From Candidatus Zixiibacteriota bacterium (GTDB lineage: Bacteria; Zixibacteria; MSB-5A5; UBA10806; 4484-95), in the NCBI GenBank assembly GCA_037441845.1, contig JBBIRK010000001.1, positions 224,001 to 288,000 on the forward strand: a stretch of DNA of 64,000 bases, written 5' to 3'. Below are positions 59,364 through 64,000 of this stretch, piece by piece. Position numbers and translations under genes: made by a program. Position 1 is the first letter of the stretch. The number at the start of each line of letters is the position of its first letter. The notes under the pieces are model-generated. The model was not told where the DNA came from and ran no database searches. It worked only from the letters and a program-made list of their open reading frames with translations.

Positions 59364-60100
59364 TTGGATTTCAACTCCTTGAGCCGCGATAACAGCTTCT
59401 GCATATCCTCCCAAAAAGGCCGCTTGTAATCAGGCGTTCGAAGCAACGCCGCCGGATGATAGGTGACTATCAGCGGCGTGCCTTGCAGACTGAACCAGCG
59501 CTCCCGCATCTGCCCCAGTGTCATATTGGTGCGCAGCAACCTCTGAGCGGCGATTCGGCCGAGGCTGCAGATGATTTTGGGTTTAATCAACGCTATTTGG
59601 TGTAAAAGATATACTTCGCAGGTTTCCGCTTCTTCGGGGAGAGGGTCACGATTCTCCGGCGGGCGACATTTCAGTATATTGGCGATATAAACATCCTCGC
59701 GCCTTAAACCCATCGCCGCCAGCGCGCGGGTGAAAAGCTGACCGGCCCGCCCAACGAACGGTTCGCCTTTCATATCTTCCTCATGACCCGGCGCTTCGCC
59801 TATGAACATTATCTCGGCATGCGGATTGCCCACGCCGAAAACGAATCGGTGGCGAGTGGCGCCGAGCGGACACATCCGGCAATCTTTGATTGTATCATAA
59901 AGCTGCTCGAGCGTTTCCGTCTTGGCGAAATCCTCGATAGCCAGAGGTTCGACAGCAACCGGCCTATTTTCCGCGATCTTCTTTTCTGCCCGATTGTCAA
60001 AAGGAAGATATATGGTCTTTTCGCCGGCTTCAAGCTTCCGCTTGAGATAATTTCTGAAAAAACGGTTCTTATCGAATGTCATGATCTTTTCGGATCCCAT
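59360..60100 (-). CDS. Family 4 uracil-DNA glycosylase (4Fe-4S)
   Basis: CRMCPL, GEAPG, PFVGRAG, NILKCRPPENR and TYHPA. Confidence 0.95.
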   Translation of the reverse strand: MGSEKIMTFDKNRFFRNYLKRKLEAGEKTIYLPFDNRAEKKIAENRPVAVEPLAIEDFAKTETLEQLYDTIKDCRMCPLGATRHRFVFGVGNPHAEIMFIGEAPGHEEDMKGEPFVGRAGQLFTRALAAMGLRREDVYIANILKCRPPENRDPLPEEAETCEVYLLHQIALIKPKIICSLGRIAAQRLLRTNMTLGQMRERWFSLQGTPLIVTYHPAALLRTPDYKRPFWEDMQKLLSRLKELKSK

Positions 60101-60192
60101 CGGAAATGGAATTCAAATTGCTGTTGTCATTTTATTCCGAACTTGTTTCGGCATCCAGGATTCATTGCGAAATAATCACATTGCTTTGTTCT

Positions 60193-61389
60193 TCACCTCA
60201 ACTTCTCGATTTCATCCAAAATTCTATTCGCCAAAGCGGTCTTGGTCATTAGTTCTAACTGCAGCGGTTTCTTCCCCCTGACGATAATCGCCGCCTTGTT
60301 GAAATCGGATCCGAATCCCGAGCCCTGTTCGGTCGGATCGTTGGCTACGATCATGTCCAGCCTTTTTTCTTTCAGTTTCTTCTCCGCACCCGCGATCAGA
60401 TTTTCGGTTTCGAGCGCAAAACCGACCACCAGCCGTTTTCCCTTTTTCGCCGTTATTTCTTTCAGGATGTCGGGATTGGCTTCAAGTTTCAAAGCCAGCG
60501 ATTCGCCGCTTCTTTTTATTTTTTGGGGTGCTACAGCATGTGCGCGGAAATCAGCCACGGCCGCCGCCATTATCAACACATCGGCTCCGGCGAACTCCGC
60601 TTTGACCGCTTTCAGCATCTGGGCGGCGGTTTCCACCGGTATGAATTTTACTTTGGGAGGCGGCAACAGGTTTACCGGGCCCGAAATCAGGCTGACCTGG
60701 GCGCCCCTTTCAACGGCAGCAGCTGCCAGAGCAAACCCCATCTTACCCGATGAACGGTTGGAAATGTAGCGGACGGGGTCGATCGGCTCCACCGTCGGCC
60801 CGGCGGTGATAACGAATTTTTTCTCCGCCAGTCTTCCTGTTCGATTCAGAATTTCCTTCGCCCTGTTATAAATCTGTTCCGGTTCGACCATTCTTCCCGC
60901 CGCCACGATCAAACTCGCCAGATGTCCGGCTGTCGGGCCGATAAAATAGACGCCGCGCCGCGACAATTCCGCGATATTTCGCTGGGTGGCCTGATTCTGC
61001 CACATCTTGACATTCATGGCCGGGGCCACCAGTATCGGCCCGGAGAAAGCCAATAGCTGCGTCGATAAAACCTCGTCGGCGATACCCACGGCCATCTTGG
61101 CGATTATATTTGCGGTGGCGGGCGCCACCACGAACAACTCGGCCCAATCAGCCCAGCTCACATGCTCCAATGCATCGCGATTCGGATCCCACATCCCGGT
61201 GGAAACGGATTCCGCCCCCAGAGCCGAAAAGGAAAGCGGGGTTACGAATTTCTGCGCCGAGTCGGTCATTACTACCCGCACTTTCGCCCCGTTTTTCACG
61301 AAAAGACGTAATAGCTCGCAAGCCTTGAATGCGCCTATTCCGCCTGAAACGCCGAGAATTATCTTGTGTTGGTACGAATTATTATCCAC
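60193..61389 (-). CDS. coaBC: Bifunctional phosphopantothenoylcysteine decarboxylase/synthetase
   Basis: GVSGGIGAFK, APATAN, PAMN, TAGPTVEPIDPVRYISNRSSGKMG, AAVADF and GFALET. Confidence 0.97.
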   Translation of the reverse strand: MDNNSYQHKIILGVSGGIGAFKACELLRLFVKNGAKVRVVMTDSAQKFVTPLSFSALGAESVSTGMWDPNRDALEHVSWADWAELFVVAPATANIIAKMAVGIADEVLSTQLLAFSGPILVAPAMNVKMWQNQATQRNIAELSRRGVYFIGPTAGHLASLIVAAGRMVEPEQIYNRAKEILNRTGRLAEKKFVITAGPTVEPIDPVRYISNRSSGKMGFALAAAAVERGAQVSLISGPVNLLPPPKVKFIPVETAAQMLKAVKAEFAGADVLIMAAAVADFRAHAVAPQKIKRSGESLALKLEANPDILKEITAKKGKRLVVGFALETENLIAGAEKKLKEKRLDMIVANDPTEQGSGFGSDFNKAAIIVRGKKPLQLELMTKTALANRILDEIEKLR

Positions 61390-61726
61390 AAATCCGCTCC
61401 TGTCATAATAAAAAAATTATCTATAATATATTGATATCGCAAACACAATTAACCAAAATAATAATTCACCGATTGTTAACAATGGAAATTATTTTTGGCG
61501 TCAAGAGATGGAAAATTTCTTCGGCCTCTGCTCCGTGAGTCGTCCATATAAAATCCTCGCGGCGTTTTCCACAAGTTGTCCACACCAGGCACGGACAGCA
61601 GGTTGCGCGCGATTATGAGCAGTATTTGATTGCATTGTAATAAGATAGACATCTCCTGCGGATTATTTCTGCCGGAAATGGGCGTTATGGCGGCTTTTTT
61701 CAACGTTTTTCAACACATTTTCCACG
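61382..61726. other. Candidate replication origin (DnaA-box cluster + AT-rich tract)
   Basis: TTATCCACA 61382-61390; TTTTCCACA 61565-61573 and TTGTCCACA 61576-61584; TTTTCAACG 61697-61705, TTTTCAACA 61707-61715 and TTTTCCACG 61718-61726; AT-rich tract about 61405-61496. Confidence 0.6.
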
Positions 61727-61763
61727 CCTTTATGGCGCTATTCGCCCGGAATTCGAGATCGCT

Positions 61764-61791
61764 TTGACCCGAACGGTTATTATATTATGAT
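61764..61791 (+). promoter_or_regulatory. Candidate promoter giving a leaderless Mut7-C mRNA
   Basis: TTGACC-N16-TATGAT, then 7 nt, then ATG 61799; no SD. Confidence 0.5.
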
Positions 61792-61798
61792 ATACTTA

Positions 61799-62287
61799 AT
61801 GAAATTCATCTGTGATGATAATCTCGGCAAGCTGGCGAAATTTCTTCGTCTTCTCGGATATGACACCCATTTCGATCCGACAATCGAAAACGCTCGTTTC
61901 GTCGCGATCGCGCTAAAGGAAAGCAGAATCGCTCTCACCCGCGATCATCGGATTCTTGCAAAGCTCGATCCGGCGAAAGTGATGCATATCGATTGCGACG
62001 ACCCCGAAGAACAACTGAAAAGGGTCTTTATTCGGTTCGCGCTATCGATTGACGGACAATCGCTTTTCAGCCGTTGTCTTGTCTGTAATGATCTCTGCAA
62101 AAAGGTAAACGCGGACGAGATCGCCGATCGGGTGTTTCCGTTCATTCTGCGTACGCAGACCCGATTTTATCGATGCCCTTCCTGCGATCGTGTTTTTTGG
62201 CGGGGGACCCATCATCGCGCAATGATCGCCCGCCTGAAAAAAATCTTCGGCTCGGTATTTCCCCCTGGAGACTCGTCGGTAGAGTGA
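61799..62287 (+). CDS. Mut7-C RNase domain protein (PIN-like + zinc ribbon)
   Basis: MKFICDDNLGKLAKFLRLLGYD, LTRD, RCLVCN and CPSCDRVFWRGTH. Confidence 0.92.
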   Translation: MKFICDDNLGKLAKFLRLLGYDTHFDPTIENARFVAIALKESRIALTRDHRILAKLDPAKVMHIDCDDPEEQLKRVFIRFALSIDGQSLFSRCLVCNDLCKKVNADEIADRVFPFILRTQTRFYRCPSCDRVFWRGTHHRAMIARLKKIFGSVFPPGDSSVE

Positions 62288-62336
62288 AAAAATCAAAATT
62301 ACAGGCCGGAGATTATCTTGCATCGATAATTGCCGC

Positions 62337-62365
62337 TTGCAAGCGGATTGAAATGGCTATATAAT
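62337..62365 (+). promoter_or_regulatory. Candidate promoter giving a leaderless thpR mRNA
   Basis: TTGCAA-N17-TATAAT, then T6, then ATG 62372; no SD. Confidence 0.55.
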
Positions 62366-62371
62366 TTTTTT

Positions 62372-62935
62372 ATGGAAAAAATAAGGACGTTCGTCGCTGT
62401 CGCCTTGCCCGAGGATACAAAACGTGAGGTCGATAGGGTAATAACCAAATTAAAGCCGCAGGGTGGAGGGATAACCTGGGTGAAAGCCGCTAATCTTCAT
62501 TTTACGCTTCGCTTTCTTGGCGATATCCCCGCCGAATCGATCGGACCGCTTAGAGATCAACTGGCGGTTTCAACGGAAAAATTCGGCGCATTTACAATAT
62601 GTTTAAGTGGTTTAGGAGGTTTCCCCGATCTGCGCCGCCCGCGGGTCATCTGGATAGGGGCGGACGGCGAACTCGAAAAAATGAATGCACTTGCGGAAAA
62701 GACGGAACAAGGATGCCACCAGGCCGGGTTCGGCAGCACCGACAAGCCGTTTTCGCCTCACCTGACTATCGGCCGGGTCAAGAAGCCGATGGATCTTCGC
62801 AATCTAACGGCTGCGCTGCAATCGATTTCATTTCGATCCGAACGATTCCTGGTTGATCATTTGGTTGTTTACAAATCAGTTTTAACGCCGGCCGGGCCGA
62901 TATACACGCCTTTGGAAAAAGTAAGAATCACATGA
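62372..62935 (+). CDS. thpR: RNA 2',3'-cyclic phosphodiesterase (2H family)
   Basis: RTFVAV, NLHFTLRFLG, PRVIW, FSPHLTIGR and GPIY; start at ATG 62372. Confidence 0.93.
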   Translation: MEKIRTFVAVALPEDTKREVDRVITKLKPQGGGITWVKAANLHFTLRFLGDIPAESIGPLRDQLAVSTEKFGAFTICLSGLGGFPDLRRPRVIWIGADGELEKMNALAEKTEQGCHQAGFGSTDKPFSPHLTIGRVKKPMDLRNLTAALQSISFRSERFLVDHLVVYKSVLTPAGPIYTPLEKVRIT

Positions 62936-63230
62936 TTCCGCCCGGCTGGAATTAGTATAGGGCCGATATCGCGGTCAAAATCATTAAGGCGGTGGTGTGA
63001 TTGCCATAGGCGCCTCGACTCGAAATCCAAGAGATGAAAGCGGGACGAGACCGGGAATAATCACAGATGCGCCGAAAATTTGCCAATGACAGTGCTGATT
63101 CGGAAAGGGGCGGAAAACCCTAAGGGTTTGGGAACTTTATCGAGAATCTGACGTGATAAAAATTCGGGTAAAGGGATCGTGTAGAGAGACGGAACAAGCC
63201 AACCGATAATACAAAGCAAAAGGAGAGGAA

Positions 63231-63941
63231 ATGAAAAACAGATTAATCATGGAGAAAATAACGTTCAGACGACCGGGGATTTTGCCGGTCATCGGCGTGG
63301 CGGTAATCGTTCTCATCATGTCTATCGGCTGCTCCAATCTCAAGCGCCGTGATCAGGGCGCGATAATCGGCGCCACCACCGGCGGAGTGATCGGCGGCGT
63401 TATCGGAAATCGGGCAGGCAACACCGCGGTCGGGGCGATTCTGGGAGCGGTGATCGGAGGTGCGGCGGGCGCTTATATCGGTAACTATATGGATAAGCAG
63501 GCCGAGGAGATGCAGAGGGATATCGAGGGTGCGCGGATAGAAAGGATCGGCGAAGGGATCAAGATCACTTTCGATTCCGGCATTCTTTTCGACATAAATA
63601 AATCCGCCCTGCAATTACAGGCCCAAGAGAATTTGCGGAAACTGGCTGAGATTTTGAATAAGTACCCGGATACAGAGATCCTTATCGAAGGCCATACCGA
63701 CAACACCGGCTCCGAGGAGTATAATATGGAACTCTCGCTCAGGCGCTCGCAGTCGGTGGCCAATTTTCTGGCCTCCCAACAGGTGAATCCCAGTCGTTTC
63801 CATACCATGGCCTACGGTGAATCTCAACCTATCGCCACCAATGAAACGCCCGAGGGAAGACAGCAGAATCGGCGCGTGGAAATCGCCATTTTCGCCAACG
63901 ACAAATTGAAAAAAGCAGCGCAGGAAAAAGCCAACGGTTAA
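63231..63941 (+). CDS. OmpA-family lipoprotein with glycine zipper (YiaD-like)
   Basis: Lipobox SIG-C, GAIIGATTGGVIGG glycine zipper, IEGHTDN, LSLRR and NRRVEI. Confidence 0.93.
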   Translation: MKNRLIMEKITFRRPGILPVIGVAVIVLIMSIGCSNLKRRDQGAIIGATTGGVIGGVIGNRAGNTAVGAILGAVIGGAAGAYIGNYMDKQAEEMQRDIEGARIERIGEGIKITFDSGILFDINKSALQLQAQENLRKLAEILNKYPDTEILIEGHTDNTGSEEYNMELSLRRSQSVANFLASQQVNPSRFHTMAYGESQPIATNETPEGRQQNRRVEIAIFANDKLKKAAQEKANG

Positions 63942-64000
63942 AGCCTACTCGGAAATAATTCCATAATCATGTAAACCATGGCCGACGGAAGCCGATCCGT

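Noticed and set aside
58620..59429. 269-aa plus-strand ORF
   Set aside because: Antisense to dnaB.
63131..63160. ECF-sigma promoter (GGAACTT) upstream of the OmpA gene
   Set aside because: No convincing -10 element at the expected spacing.

Overview
Bacterial chromosomal window with no rRNA, tRNA, CRISPR array or transposase recognised. The host is probably an FCB-group lineage such as Zixibacteria; this is inferred from the NYPNPFN-type C-terminal sorting domains, the Cys-rich dockerin-like tails and the coaBC-udg-dnaB gene order. The main feature is at 1-18 kb: four diverged tandem copies of an uncharacterised four-gene membrane module on the minus strand. Each copy has A (signal peptide + FN3-like + DUF6754-like domain), B and D (polytopic membrane proteins) and C (two TM helices around an exported domain). 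The array is interleaved with an NfeD/SPFH pair and a catalytically degenerate peptidase-like lipoprotein, and is headed by a 375-aa hybrid-motif/swivelling/KOW protein. An orphan GlmL-like ASKHA ATPase with no glutamate mutase nearby lies about 10 kb away. Together these may form an undescribed ATP-driven membrane machine with one shared cytoplasmic module and four interchangeable membrane modules (hypothesis). The rest of the window holds housekeeping genes (ABC-F, lepA, ychF, gcvT, two glutamate dehydrogenases, dnaB, udg, coaBC, thpR, OmpA) and three secreted proteins sharing a near-identical dockerin-like tail. It also contains a decayed CPA1 antiporter, a duplicated unit of small secreted protein + beta-propeller/T9SS-CTD protein with an apparently exact 294-bp direct repeat, and a DnaA-box cluster with an AT-rich tract at about 61.4-61.7 kb (candidate oriC).
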